A model generated the notes under the pieces. It saw only the letters and a list, made by a program, of their open reading frames with translations. It did no database searches and was not told where the DNA came from. Shown piece by piece: positions 29,624 to 39,000 of a stretch of DNA of 64,000 nucleotides. Within the stretch, counting starts at the first letter, position 1, and each line of letters opens with the position of its first letter. A program made the position numbers and the translations under genes. The stretch is from Gemmatimonadaceae bacterium (GTDB lineage Bacteria; Gemmatimonadota; Gemmatimonadetes; Gemmatimonadales; Gemmatimonadaceae), in assembly GCA_045803545.1 (NCBI GenBank), contig JBJMOW010000005.1, positions 640,001 to 704,000 of the forward strand, given 5' to 3'.

Positions 29624-29720
29624 CGGGAAGCGGGAAGCGGGAGGCGGGAGAGAGAGGCGAGAGGCGTTTTTAGTTTTTGGCGCTTCCCGCTTCCCGCTTC
29701 CCGCTTCCCGCTTCCCGCTA
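29621..29720. repeat. Inverted pair of 7-bp tandem repeats (GCGGGAA)n/(TTCCCGC)n between convergent genes
   Basis: tagcgggaagcgggaagcgggaggcgggag...cgcttcccgcttcccgcttcccgcttcccgcttcccgcta. Confidence 0.9.
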
Positions 29721-31112
29721 AAGCAGTGTTCCGTGCAGTACGAGGAATGCCACCGAGAAATAGATCACCAATCCGGTCACGTCGACCAGCGTTGCGACGA
29801 AGGGCGCTGACGCACTCGCGGGATCGAATCCGATCCGCTTCAATAGAAATGGCAGCATCGAGCCAGCCAGGGATCCGAAGGCAACGATCCCCACCAGCGC
29901 AAATCCCACGGTTATCGCCAACAGCAAGTAGTGTGGACCGTAGTTGAAGATGTGCATGTTCTGCCACAGCACGATACGCACGAACCCGATCACACCAAGG
30001 ATGGATCCGAGCAACAAACCGGTCGGTAGCTCGCGCACTGCGATCTTCCACCAGTCTTTGAGCTTCAGCTCCTGCAGGGCAAGAGCACGAATGACCAGGG
30101 ACGTGGCCTGCGATCCGCTGTTGCCTCCTGAGCTCATCACCAGCGGGATGAACATCGCCAGGACCGCGGCCCGCTCGATTTCACTCTGAAAGCGCTGCAT
30201 CGCCGTCGCCGTCAGCATCTCGCTCAAAAACAGCGCGCACAGCCAGCCGGCGCGTTTTCGCACCATCTCGACAAACCCGATCTCCATGTACGGCGCGTCG
30301 AGGGCTTCCATACCACCGAATCGCTGCACGTCTTCAGTGGTTTCCTCTACCAGAGCGTCGATGACATCGTCGACGGTTACAATGCCAAGTATGTGGCGCT
30401 CATCATCCACCACCGGAATCGCAAGCAGGTTGTACTTCGAAATCAAACGCGCGGCCTCTTCGCGCTCCGCCTCCGGCTTCACCGTCAGCGGCGGACGCCT
30501 TCTACCGACATCGAGCACGTTATCCTCGCGGTCGGAGGTCATTAGATCGCGAAGCGAGACGACGTGCTCCAGCGTTTGCAGGTCGGTGTCGACGACGTAA
30601 ATCGCATAGACCGTCTCTTTCCTGCCGCCAACCTCGCGAATGAGGGACAGCGCCTGGTGTACTGTCCAGTCGGCAGGCACGCTAACGAACTCGGTGGTCA
30701 TGATTCCGCCGGCAGTCTCTGGCGTGTACTTGAGCAGCTTGCGTAGGGTGACCCGAGTCTGTTCCCTGACACGCGCCAGCAACGCATTCCGCTGATCGCC
30801 GGGAAGCTCGCGGAAGAGATCTGCCTGCTGATCCGCGGACATCGCCTCGATCAGCAATCCAACTCTTTCAGGATCGATGTTCTGGATTATCGCGCAGCGA
30901 TGGCGCGTAAGCTCCGGCTCGTCGAATACCTGCACCGCCAGATCGAACGGCAAAGCCGCCATTACTTTCGCCGCGGCTTCCGGCGGCAACTCCTTCAATG
31001 CCTCGGCGATGTCCGGCGCGCGCAGCTCGCCGAGCGCTTCCTGGAGCTCCTCCGGATCGCTGTGGACCAGGTATAGGAGCTGTGCAACGGTCTGAGACGA
31101 GATTTCGATCAC
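29718..31112 (-). CDS. mgtE: Magnesium transporter
   Basis: TAGGIMTTEF, CBS pair, GIVTVDD, SGGNSGSQA, DPASASAPFVATLVDVTG. Confidence 0.95.
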   Translation of the reverse strand: MIEISSQTVAQLLYLVHSDPEELQEALGELRAPDIAEALKELPPEAAAKVMAALPFDLAVQVFDEPELTRHRCAIIQNIDPERVGLLIEAMSADQQADLFRELPGDQRNALLARVREQTRVTLRKLLKYTPETAGGIMTTEFVSVPADWTVHQALSLIREVGGRKETVYAIYVVDTDLQTLEHVVSLRDLMTSDREDNVLDVGRRRPPLTVKPEAEREEAARLISKYNLLAIPVVDDERHILGIVTVDDVIDALVEETTEDVQRFGGMEALDAPYMEIGFVEMVRKRAGWLCALFLSEMLTATAMQRFQSEIERAAVLAMFIPLVMSSGGNSGSQATSLVIRALALQELKLKDWWKIAVRELPTGLLLGSILGVIGFVRIVLWQNMHIFNYGPHYLLLAITVGFALVGIVAFGSLAGSMLPFLLKRIGFDPASASAPFVATLVDVTGLVIYFSVAFLVLHGTLL

Positions 31113-31176
31113 TGGCGCTGTTCGTGGGTTACTTTCTTTTGATCCCTGCGTGCCTCAGGAGAAACGAATTAGAACG

Positions 31177-32130
31177 ATGAGCGTTTCGAGATTCTGGCCG
31201 TCAGCATTACTCGTTGTAGTCAGCTTGTCAGGGGCGGTTAAGGCGGAAGGACAGTCCTCGTACAGAAACCTCGAGGCCGGCCGCCCCGTGCGCATCGAAG
31301 ACGCCGTCGTGACCGAGCGGTACGCGCTCGATGTCGACCTGTTCAATCTCCGCTACGACGAGTTATCGGATCTACGAAGTCGGTTTCTCTGGGAGCCTGA
31401 GGTCGCCTACGGGGTACTCCCCCGCACAGAAATGTGGCTGCGACTTCCGGTATTCTATCGTGAGCGAACCTCGGTACCGCGCGGAGGGCTCGCCGGACTG
31501 GGCGTGGGCGCCATGTATCAATTCAACCTCGAGAGTGAATTCCTACCAGCCGCCGCTCTCTCAACCGAGCTTTTCAAACCGGCCGGTCCAAACGCGCTCC
31601 CACTCTCTTATTCGTTGAAAGCGCTGCTAACACGCAGCTTTTCGCCCGGCCGCGTTCATATCAACGCGAGTGTCGCGTCATACGCGGTGCCAGCCGCGGC
31701 CAGTCTTGTGATTACCTGCCCCGGAACTTCGACGTTCGATCCAAATTGCGGGGGTACTCCATTGCCTCCACTGGACGGTCCTTGCTCCGTTGGACCGGCT
31801 CCGGGCGCTTCGTTCCAATGCGGAGTCGCTGCACAGGAGCCGGCTGCTTCCGAGGTGGCAATTCAACCAGAGACGCACGCCCACTGGCTGGTAGGCCTCG
31901 GCTACGACAAAACGATTCCGCTGTCGTCGAGTCTCGTCATCGCAGATCTGTTCGCGGAAAAGTTCGAGGGAATAGGGCGGAAGACTGACATGACCGCCGA
32001 AATCGGACTCCGGCATCAGCTGCGACCACAGATGGTTTTTTCGAGTGCGGTCGGTCGGCATTTCAGAGGAGCCGGGTTCTCGACGTTCCTGACACTCGGT
32101 CTCACTCTGGACCGCGCGCTGCAACCGTAA
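31177..32130 (+). CDS. Putative outer-membrane beta-barrel protein with Cys-rich loop
   Basis: Signal peptide, YRNLEAGRPVRIEDA, amphipathic strands, terminal FLTLGLTL strand. Confidence 0.6.
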   Translation: MSVSRFWPSALLVVVSLSGAVKAEGQSSYRNLEAGRPVRIEDAVVTERYALDVDLFNLRYDELSDLRSRFLWEPEVAYGVLPRTEMWLRLPVFYRERTSVPRGGLAGLGVGAMYQFNLESEFLPAAALSTELFKPAGPNALPLSYSLKALLTRSFSPGRVHINASVASYAVPAAASLVITCPGTSTFDPNCGGTPLPPLDGPCSVGPAPGASFQCGVAAQEPAASEVAIQPETHAHWLVGLGYDKTIPLSSSLVIADLFAEKFEGIGRKTDMTAEIGLRHQLRPQMVFSSAVGRHFRGAGFSTFLTLGLTLDRALQP

Positions 32131-32135
32131 CTGCA

Positions 32136-33164
32136 ATGATTCGCCGCCGCTGGCTGTTTGGTCGTAGCGTCGCTTGCGTATCTATCGCGCTGTCGGTCGG
32201 TTCCTGCGCGACGTCAGGCGGCGGCACAACGCCGGAGTCATTCTACGATCAGACCTATCTGTGGTCTTCCCATAACTGGGCGTTCCGTCAGCGTTTTCCA
32301 CGCGTCGACGCTCTGTTCAATGCCTTCGACTACGGTCACGCCAAGTTGTACGAGACGCTCTGGAGAAGTCCAGAAGCCCAACGAGCTGTCCTGGACCAGC
32401 ATGAGTTCCAATTCATCACGCGAAATCTGCTGCGCCACCCGCCGAGCGTAGCGCTCGATGAAGCCGCGATCGCCCCGCAGTGGGAGAAGCTGGCTCCCGA
32501 ATTAGCAGCGATGTTCGAGTGGGCTCACATGCTCCATCGCCAGATCTACGACGTGTGGGCCGATGACCGCATTCCGGAATCAGCGAAGGATGCGAAAGTG
32601 GCCGAGCTCGTTCGGTACTACGAATCACGTCGGTCTCTCGCTTTCAGCACCAAGCCGAAAAACATGAACCTGATGGAAGGCCAGTCTTATTCGCTCTCTT
32701 TCCGGAAACGATTCCCGACTTACAACGGGCTCATTTGGTCGTACCATTGGCTGCAGATGACGCTCTATGAGGCACTGCTCGCGTCACACAATCCTGGTGA
32801 GCGGCAGCAGAATGTCGATGGGGTAGTCGCCAGATTCTGGGCGCTGATCGACAGCGCTCCGCGAAGTCTGCCGACAGTGATGCCGCAATCGCCAGCGATT
32901 GCACCGCGTTTTTCCGATCGCTATCCGGAAGCGGCTATCATCTTCGACAACTTGCACTCACTGCACGATGTCGTGTCCGACATCCTCGTCGACCCGGCGA
33001 TTCCCCGGCGCGACAAGCGGCGTCGCCTCCTGGACGCCGCTGCGGCCTATCGCGATGATGTGTCCTCAGTTGTGACCGTCGGCGACTGGAAAGCGATGGC
33101 CGACGCGATGGGGCTCGCCAATATGGGCGGCCCCGCGCCGATCACGTCCGACGCGCGGCGTTGA
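32136..33164 (+). CDS. Hypothetical His-rich lipoprotein with internal duplication
   Basis: VGSC lipobox-like; FDYGHA, WAHMLHRQ, SYHWLQ, NLHSLHD. Confidence 0.7.
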   Translation: MIRRRWLFGRSVACVSIALSVGSCATSGGGTTPESFYDQTYLWSSHNWAFRQRFPRVDALFNAFDYGHAKLYETLWRSPEAQRAVLDQHEFQFITRNLLRHPPSVALDEAAIAPQWEKLAPELAAMFEWAHMLHRQIYDVWADDRIPESAKDAKVAELVRYYESRRSLAFSTKPKNMNLMEGQSYSLSFRKRFPTYNGLIWSYHWLQMTLYEALLASHNPGERQQNVDGVVARFWALIDSAPRSLPTVMPQSPAIAPRFSDRYPEAAIIFDNLHSLHDVVSDILVDPAIPRRDKRRRLLDAAAAYRDDVSSVVTVGDWKAMADAMGLANMGGPAPITSDARR

Positions 33165-33975
33165 TTCCGCCGACGATCGCCAATAACAAGCCCGCCGCCA
33201 CCACGATCGCCGCGCCGGTTGGCAAATCCATTTTGTACGACGCCCACAGGCCAGCCACGCTCGCGATCGCCGCAATCGCCCACCCGATGATGAGCCGATT
33301 TCTCCATTCGGCGGAAAGAATTGTCGCGCAAACCGCCGGCACGATCAGGTAAGCAAAAGTGAGCAACACCCCACCGAGCCGAACGAAGCTGACCACTACC
33401 AGCGCGAACGCGGCGTAGAATAGAAAATCCCACAGCCGAACGCTTACTCCTTCGGCGAACGCTCTTTCGGGATCGGAGGAAATGAGCACAAAGCGCTTGT
33501 GAAACGCGCCATAGAACGCGCCGAGCGCCGCGAACACCAGCACTCTCTGCCCGACCTCACCCTTGGTGACGTTGAGGATGTCGCCGGTGAGGAGGTGCTC
33601 AAGCTCCTCCTTACCACCGGCAACGCGGCTGAGCAGAAGAATCACCGCCGCCGCAGCCACGACGAAGGTGATCCCGATGATCGCCTCCTGTGGAACAGCC
33701 TGCCTCGTCCTGCTGCGCGTCCAGCTGAAAAACGCCGCGCCGAGGAAAGTGACGCCAAGTGAGATCCAGAATGTGATTCGATCCTCGAAGTGATATCCCA
33801 TCAGCAGCGCAACGCAGGTTCCGAGCGTTGCGACCTGTGCCAGTGCAAGATCGACGAAGATTACTTCGCGTTTGACGACGTGCAGTCCGAGATAGACGAG
33901 CAGCGGAGGGAACAACAGGGAGGCCACGAGTGGCCACTTCATGACCTCCCACGCCAGCCCGAAATCGCTGCTCAT
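33142..33975 (-). CDS. Metal ABC transporter permease (ZnuB/MntB-like)
   Basis: YLGLHVVKREVIFVDLALAQ, QEAIIG, LLTGDIL, GVLLTFAYLIVPA, DLPTGAAIV. Confidence 0.9.
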   Translation of the reverse strand: MSSDFGLAWEVMKWPLVASLLFPPLLVYLGLHVVKREVIFVDLALAQVATLGTCVALLMGYHFEDRITFWISLGVTFLGAAFFSWTRSRTRQAVPQEAIIGITFVVAAAAVILLLSRVAGGKEELEHLLTGDILNVTKGEVGQRVLVFAALGAFYGAFHKRFVLISSDPERAFAEGVSVRLWDFLFYAAFALVVVSFVRLGGVLLTFAYLIVPAVCATILSAEWRNRLIIGWAIAAIASVAGLWASYKMDLPTGAAIVVAAGLLLAIVGGINAARRT

Positions 33976-34898
33976 TTCGCGCCTCCAAGCGCGGCCGCGA
34001 TTGACCGCACGAGGTTATCCATGTTGTCGAAGTAACTGGACGTGTTGCTCGCTGCACCCGGCTGCTGCGGCGCATCGATCACCGTTGCTCCGGTCTGGCG
34101 AGCGACGGTCTCAGCGGTTTTACGGTTCTGGAATGGTTGGACCAGAATGATCTTGGCGTTGTTGCGTTTCATTTCGCCGATTACCTGAGCAAGGTGCGCC
34201 GGAGACGGTGAGATGCCCGGCTTCGGCTCGAGCTCGTCGACAATCGACAATCCGAAACGCTGCGCGAAGTAGACGAAGTCGCGGTGGTACGTAACGATCT
34301 TCGCACCGCGATATGGAGCGAGCTGCTTCTGCCAGTCGGCGAGCTTGGCGTCGATCCGCGAATTGAACCTGGCGAGGTTCGCGTTGTAGGTTCCCGCATT
34401 TTTTGGATCCAGTGCGGCAAAGTGGATCGCGATGTTACGCGCGACGATTTTTGCGGCAGCCGGATCGATCATGAAATGCGGATTGCCGAGCGAGTGAATA
34501 TCGCCTTTCGATCTGTCGAAACTGGTCGGAATCTCGAGGAGTCTGATCCCTTCGGACGCGACAATGCGTCCCGGCGCACCAGCCGCGACCTTTGAGTTGC
34601 GCGAGTTCTCCAGCAGCGGCGGAAGCCAGCCCAGTTCGAGCTCAGCGCCGCCTTCAACCAGTGCATCCGCGCGATTCAGCGTGACGATGAAGCTTGGCTT
34701 CGCGTCGACGAAGTGCGGATCCTCGGTTGGCTTGGCCAATGCGACGACGTTGACGCGATCGCCGCCGATCTCGCGCGCCACTGACGCGAGGTCCGGAGTT
34801 GTTGCGACGACTTTGAGTTGCGCGGTTGCCTGTGCGCTCACGAACGAGATCGCGCCCAGGCTCAGCGCTGCCATTCTATTTATCATTTTCGTTTTCAT
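33972..34898 (-). CDS. Metal ABC transporter substrate-binding protein (ZnuA/TroA-like)
   Basis: VVATTPDL, EDPHF, GDIHSLGNPH, TYHRDFVYF, EPKPGISPSPAHL. Confidence 0.92.
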   Translation of the reverse strand: MKTKMINRMAALSLGAISFVSAQATAQLKVVATTPDLASVAREIGGDRVNVVALAKPTEDPHFVDAKPSFIVTLNRADALVEGGAELELGWLPPLLENSRNSKVAAGAPGRIVASEGIRLLEIPTSFDRSKGDIHSLGNPHFMIDPAAAKIVARNIAIHFAALDPKNAGTYNANLARFNSRIDAKLADWQKQLAPYRGAKIVTYHRDFVYFAQRFGLSIVDELEPKPGISPSPAHLAQVIGEMKRNNAKIILVQPFQNRKTAETVARQTGATVIDAPQQPGAASNTSSYFDNMDNLVRSIAAALGGAK

Positions 34899-34911
34899 GT
34901 TGGTTGATGGA

Positions 34912-36258
34912 TTAGAACTTGTGTGCAGCATGGGCGCCGATCAGGAACTGAAGCTGCACCCACAGTGAATGATCGGTGCCAACTGCCTTGCGATTGTCAT
35001 AGTTGTACTGGACGCCGATTCTGGAAAACTCGGTGGGGTACCAGGTGAGGTTCGGAGACCAGCGGGTTTGATCCCCGCGCAAATCCGTTGCGAATGAGCC
35101 GGGGTCGCCGTGCTCGAATTCGCCGCGAAGCCCGGCAACAATGCGCGGTTTGATACCCCACAGCACCTGCGCATATCCGCCGCGATCCTTCAACACTTCA
35201 CTGGGCAGTGTGACAAAGAGCTCGTCTTGCTCCAGGCGTTGCGCCGCATCGTAGCGCCGCCACATCGCCTCGGTTTGCAGCGACAGGAAAGGAAACCCCG
35301 CCTGCGCGTTGGCCGCTTTCCACTTCCAATAGAGATCGGCTCCGTAGATCTGAGTTTTCGCCGCAGGCCCGGAATTATTGGGCCCGAACGCTCCGGATAC
35401 GCCAAGCACCACGGTTTGCGTTTCGGTCAAATCGAACGAGGTATTGATTCTCGGAACGATCAATAAATCCGCGAATCCATTGCTCACCGGTCGATCATCG
35501 ATGACACCTCCATGAATTTCCGATGACTCAGGCGAGCGAAAACTCGACGTGGTCCCACCCGTCGCATTCATGACGGCGACCAGCGCCTCGGTATAAAACG
35601 GTGTCGGCAGCAACCATGACAGACGCACGCCCTGGCTGCGCAATCCGTCCGGTCCGAACATTCGTGTCAGCACCAGCGGCGCATCGATGAACGCCCACGA
35701 GTGCGGATGCTGCGGGTTCTGGCGGCCAAACTCGGCGAAGAACTGCCCGAACTTGAGCTGAAGGTTCCACGGCAATGATGTCGTCAGACCGTAAGCTTCT
35801 TCGAGCTCGATACCACTTTCGCCGGCGGAATCGATCTTGAGAACGATATTGCTGAAGCCTTTGAAGTACGGATCCACGTTCCCGTCGAGCGAAATCTCGG
35901 CGTTGGGAATCGTGAAGCCGTTGACCTTCGGATCGTGATCGCCGCGCTCGATTGCGCCGATGTCATGAGCCGTCGACCAGCCGGCATCCGTCAGGGCGAC
36001 GAAACCGATATTCATGTAGCTACCCGTCGCAACCGGACCCTGCGCGGGCGCAGCAGCCGCGGATGTATCGGCGTTTTGCGCTCCGAGCTCCTTTTCGAGC
36101 TGCTTGACGAGCGCGATAGAATCAGCACGCGCGATGCTATCAGCGCGCGCGATCGAGTCCTGCTTTGATTTTGACGCTGGTATTTGTGCGTTGCTCCGTG
36201 CCGGCAAGCCTACGCAGACCAGAAGCGCGAGCGCGCTGAATGTCTGCCTGATGTACAT
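34912..36258 (-). CDS. Outer-membrane porin-like protein of metal-uptake operons
   Basis: AGGAGG RBS, signal peptide, DHDP, LEEAY, FGRQNPQHPHSW, PTEFSR, C-terminal IGAHAAHKF. Confidence 0.82.
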   Translation of the reverse strand: MYIRQTFSALALLVCVGLPARSNAQIPASKSKQDSIARADSIARADSIALVKQLEKELGAQNADTSAAAAPAQGPVATGSYMNIGFVALTDAGWSTAHDIGAIERGDHDPKVNGFTIPNAEISLDGNVDPYFKGFSNIVLKIDSAGESGIELEEAYGLTTSLPWNLQLKFGQFFAEFGRQNPQHPHSWAFIDAPLVLTRMFGPDGLRSQGVRLSWLLPTPFYTEALVAVMNATGGTTSSFRSPESSEIHGGVIDDRPVSNGFADLLIVPRINTSFDLTETQTVVLGVSGAFGPNNSGPAAKTQIYGADLYWKWKAANAQAGFPFLSLQTEAMWRRYDAAQRLEQDELFVTLPSEVLKDRGGYAQVLWGIKPRIVAGLRGEFEHGDPGSFATDLRGDQTRWSPNLTWYPTEFSRIGVQYNYDNRKAVGTDHSLWVQLQFLIGAHAAHKF

Positions 36259-36261
36259 GTT

Positions 36262-36317
36262 CCTCCTTTAAGAAGTGTGAGACTGACGACAGCCAGTTGA
36301 TCAGACTTCTTGGGAGG
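36262..36317 (-). promoter_or_regulatory. SD-sequestering hairpin spanning the leader-peptide stop and the porin RBS
   Basis: CCUCC/GGAGG, AAGAAGU/ACUUCUU, UGA/UCA, ACUGGC/GUCAGU, with a UGUC loop. Confidence 0.75.
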
Positions 36318-36660
36318 GTGGGGCTCGGCAGGAGTTTGGTAGGAGTTGCGGGGCGGAAAGGCGCTCGAGCGCCAAGCGCGCGAGAGCGACGTGCCGAATC
36401 GCGAGAATAGCGAGCGGCGGCGGCGCGTGGCTGAACCCATTCTGCATCGACAGCAGCGCGCAGGACGCGCAAGCTGCGTCGTTGTGTCCGTGGTGCAGAT
36501 TGGTGCCGCTCTCTTCTGTATGGGATACAGCGCTGGTCTCATCGCGCGCCAATGTTAGCGCAGCGCTGACGATTCCCAGCTGGCCGATAACGACGAGGAG
36601 AACCGCGAGCAGGCGCCAACGCCTGTCGGACGATCTGTTGAAGAGGTAACCGCGCATCAT
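36301..36660 (-). CDS. DUF2946/CruR-like leader protein with CxxC and C-terminal RAPP
   Basis: RRWRLLAVLLVVIGQLGIVSAAL signal/TM segment, HHGHNDAACASC, NSCRAPPSQEV*. Confidence 0.8.
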   Translation of the reverse strand: MMRGYLFNRSSDRRWRLLAVLLVVIGQLGIVSAALTLARDETSAVSHTEESGTNLHHGHNDAACASCALLSMQNGFSHAPPPLAILAIRHVALARLALERLSAPQLLPNSCRAPPSQEV

Positions 36661-36735
36661 TTCTGTAGTTAAAGTACCCGGGACAGGCCAAAAGGGTAGC
36701 ACTTGGATTGTGCGCATGGCATGTTTCCACGTTCC

Positions 36736-39000
36736 ATGAAGCGTGAAGATGCCCTCGACTACCACGCGTCCGGACGACCGGGCAAAATCGCGGTAGTACC
36801 CACTAAGCCTCTCAATAATCAGCGCGATCTCGCCCTCGCCTATTCACCCGGCGTCGCGCTTCCCTGCCTCGAGATCAAGGCCAACCCTGAAGACGCCTAC
36901 AAGTACACCGCCAGAGGAAATCTCGTCGCGGTCGTCACCAACGGCACGGCGGTCCTTGGGTTGGGCAACATCGGCGCCCTCGCGGGCAAGCCGGTGATGG
37001 AAGGCAAAGGCAACCTGTTCAAGCAGTTTGCCGATCTGGATGTCTTCGACCTCGAGGTCGGTTCCGAAAACCCTGACGACGTCATTCGGTTCTGCCAGTT
37101 GCTCGAGCCCACCGTCGGCGGAATCAATCTCGAAGACATTCGCGCGCCTGATTGTTTTTACATCGAGGAAACGCTGCGGAAGACGATGAAGATTCCCGTC
37201 TTCCACGACGATCAGCACGGCACCGCAATCATTTCCGGCGCGGCGCTCCTGAACGCACTTGAGATCGTCGGCAAGAAAATCGAGAAGATCAGAGTCGTTT
37301 TCTCGGGCGCCGGCGCAGCCGCGATCTCGACAGCCGAGCACTACGTCAGGCTCGGTGTTCCGCGTCAAAACATTCTCCTCACCGATCGACAAGGTGTGGT
37401 TTACGCTGGGCGAGCCGGTGAGGTGGATCCATACAAAGCGCGCTTCGCACACGAGACCAAAGCGCGCACCATCGCTGACGCGTTGGTTGGCGCAGACGTC
37501 TTCGTCGGACTCTCGGTCGCGGGCGCGATCACTGGCGAAATGGTCGCCAGGATGGCCAAGAAACCGATCGTGTTCGCGCTCGCCAATCCAGAGCCGGAGA
37601 TTCTCCCTGACCAGGTGAGGGCTGTGCGCAGTGACGCGATTATCGCCACGGGTCGCAGCGATTATTCCAACCAGGTCAACAACGTGCTCGGCTTCCCGTT
37701 CATCTTTCGCGGCGCTATCGACGCGCGGGCGACGCAGGTGAACGAGGAGATGAAGATGGCAGCGACGCGCGCGCTCGCCGCGCTTGCCAAGGAAGACGTA
37801 CCGGAAAGTGTGTCTCGCCTGTACGGGCTGCGCTCGGTGAAATTTGGGCCGGACTACCTGATTCCCTTCCCTTTCGATCCGCGGGTGCTGCTGTGGGTCG
37901 CTCCGGCAGTCGCCTGGGCTGCGGTCGCCAGCGGCGTGGCAAAGGAGATGATCGATCTCGAGAACTATCGCGAGCAGCTCGAGGCAAGGCTCGGCAGGGC
38001 ACGGGGAATCATGCGCGGGATTATCAATCGCGCGTGCGGCGACCCGAAGCGCATTGTTTTCCCCGAAGGCGAAGAACCGAAGATCATGCGCGCCGCGCGG
38101 CAGCTGATCGACGAAGGCATTGCATCGCCAATTTTGCTCGGACAGCGAGCTGTGATCGAGCGACTGGCCACCGACAACCACATCTCGCTGCGTGACATTG
38201 CCATCGTCGATCCTGCGACTTCCGAAAAGCGTGACAAGTACGCGGACTATTTGTGGCAGCGGCGGCAACGCAAAGGATTGAGCCACGGCGAAGCTCACCA
38301 ACTTCTGTTCAACACGAATTATTTCGGCTCGGTGATGGTCGCCTGCGGCGACGCTGACGCCCTGCTCTCAGGCGTCGGTATGCACTATCCGGAGACGATC
38401 CGCCCTGCGCTGCAGGTGATTGGCGCTCATCCCAAGGCGGAGATCGTCAGTGGTCTCTACATGCTCGTCTTCGAAAAGCACGTCATCTTTTGTGGAGATA
38501 CGACGGTCAACATCGATCCGACGGCCGAGCAGTTGGCACAGATAGCGTACTCCGCCGGTCGAATCGTTCGCACTTTTGGCATCGATCCCAAAATCGCGAT
38601 GCTGTCATTCTCCAACTTCGGATCGGTTCGGCATCCCGAAGCGGAAAAAGTCGCAAAAGCTGTCGCGATTCTGAGAAAGCGCGACCCGGCGATGATCGTC
38701 GATGGCGAGATGCAGGCGGATACCGCGATGGACGAGCAGATCCTCCGCACCGGGTATTCGTTCAGCGTGCTGAAGGAACGGGCAAACGTGTTGATTTTCC
38801 CCAATCTCAGCGCCGGGAACATCGCCTACAAGTTGTTGCACCATCTGGGCGGTGCGACGAAAATCGGGCCCATTCTGCTGGGTATGAATCTTCCCGTTCA
38901 CGTCCTGGAGCAAGGGGCCGATGTTCAGGACATCGTGAACATGGCCGCAGTCGCCGTCATCGACGCGCAGCAGCGGATGAGTGAGAGGAATCGTAGTTAA
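36736..39000 (+). CDS. maeB: NADP-dependent malic enzyme with PTA-like C-terminal domain
   Basis: [47 protein letters not shown]. Confidence 0.96.
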   Translation: MKREDALDYHASGRPGKIAVVPTKPLNNQRDLALAYSPGVALPCLEIKANPEDAYKYTARGNLVAVVTNGTAVLGLGNIGALAGKPVMEGKGNLFKQFADLDVFDLEVGSENPDDVIRFCQLLEPTVGGINLEDIRAPDCFYIEETLRKTMKIPVFHDDQHGTAIISGAALLNALEIVGKKIEKIRVVFSGAGAAAISTAEHYVRLGVPRQNILLTDRQGVVYAGRAGEVDPYKARFAHETKARTIADALVGADVFVGLSVAGAITGEMVARMAKKPIVFALANPEPEILPDQVRAVRSDAIIATGRSDYSNQVNNVLGFPFIFRGAIDARATQVNEEMKMAATRALAALAKEDVPESVSRLYGLRSVKFGPDYLIPFPFDPRVLLWVAPAVAWAAVASGVAKEMIDLENYREQLEARLGRARGIMRGIINRACGDPKRIVFPEGEEPKIMRAARQLIDEGIASPILLGQRAVIERLATDNHISLRDIAIVDPATSEKRDKYADYLWQRRQRKGLSHGEAHQLLFNTNYFGSVMVACGDADALLSGVGMHYPETIRPALQVIGAHPKAEIVSGLYMLVFEKHVIFCGDTTVNIDPTAEQLAQIAYSAGRIVRTFGIDPKIAMLSFSNFGSVRHPEAEKVAKAVAILRKRDPAMIVDGEMQADTAMDEQILRTGYSFSVLKERANVLIFPNLSAGNIAYKLLHHLGGATKIGPILLGMNLPVHVLEQGADVQDIVNMAAVAVIDAQQRMSERNRS

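Noticed and set aside
36112..36160. DSIARA x3 repeat in the porin N-terminus
   Set aside because: A short helical linker repeat after the signal peptide with no evidence of a separate function.
36844..38301. 485-aa antisense ORF (similarly 46618-47940, 20102-21178, 51657-52472)
   Set aside because: Stop-poor shadow frames of well-supported genes in GC-rich DNA, with no recognisable motifs.
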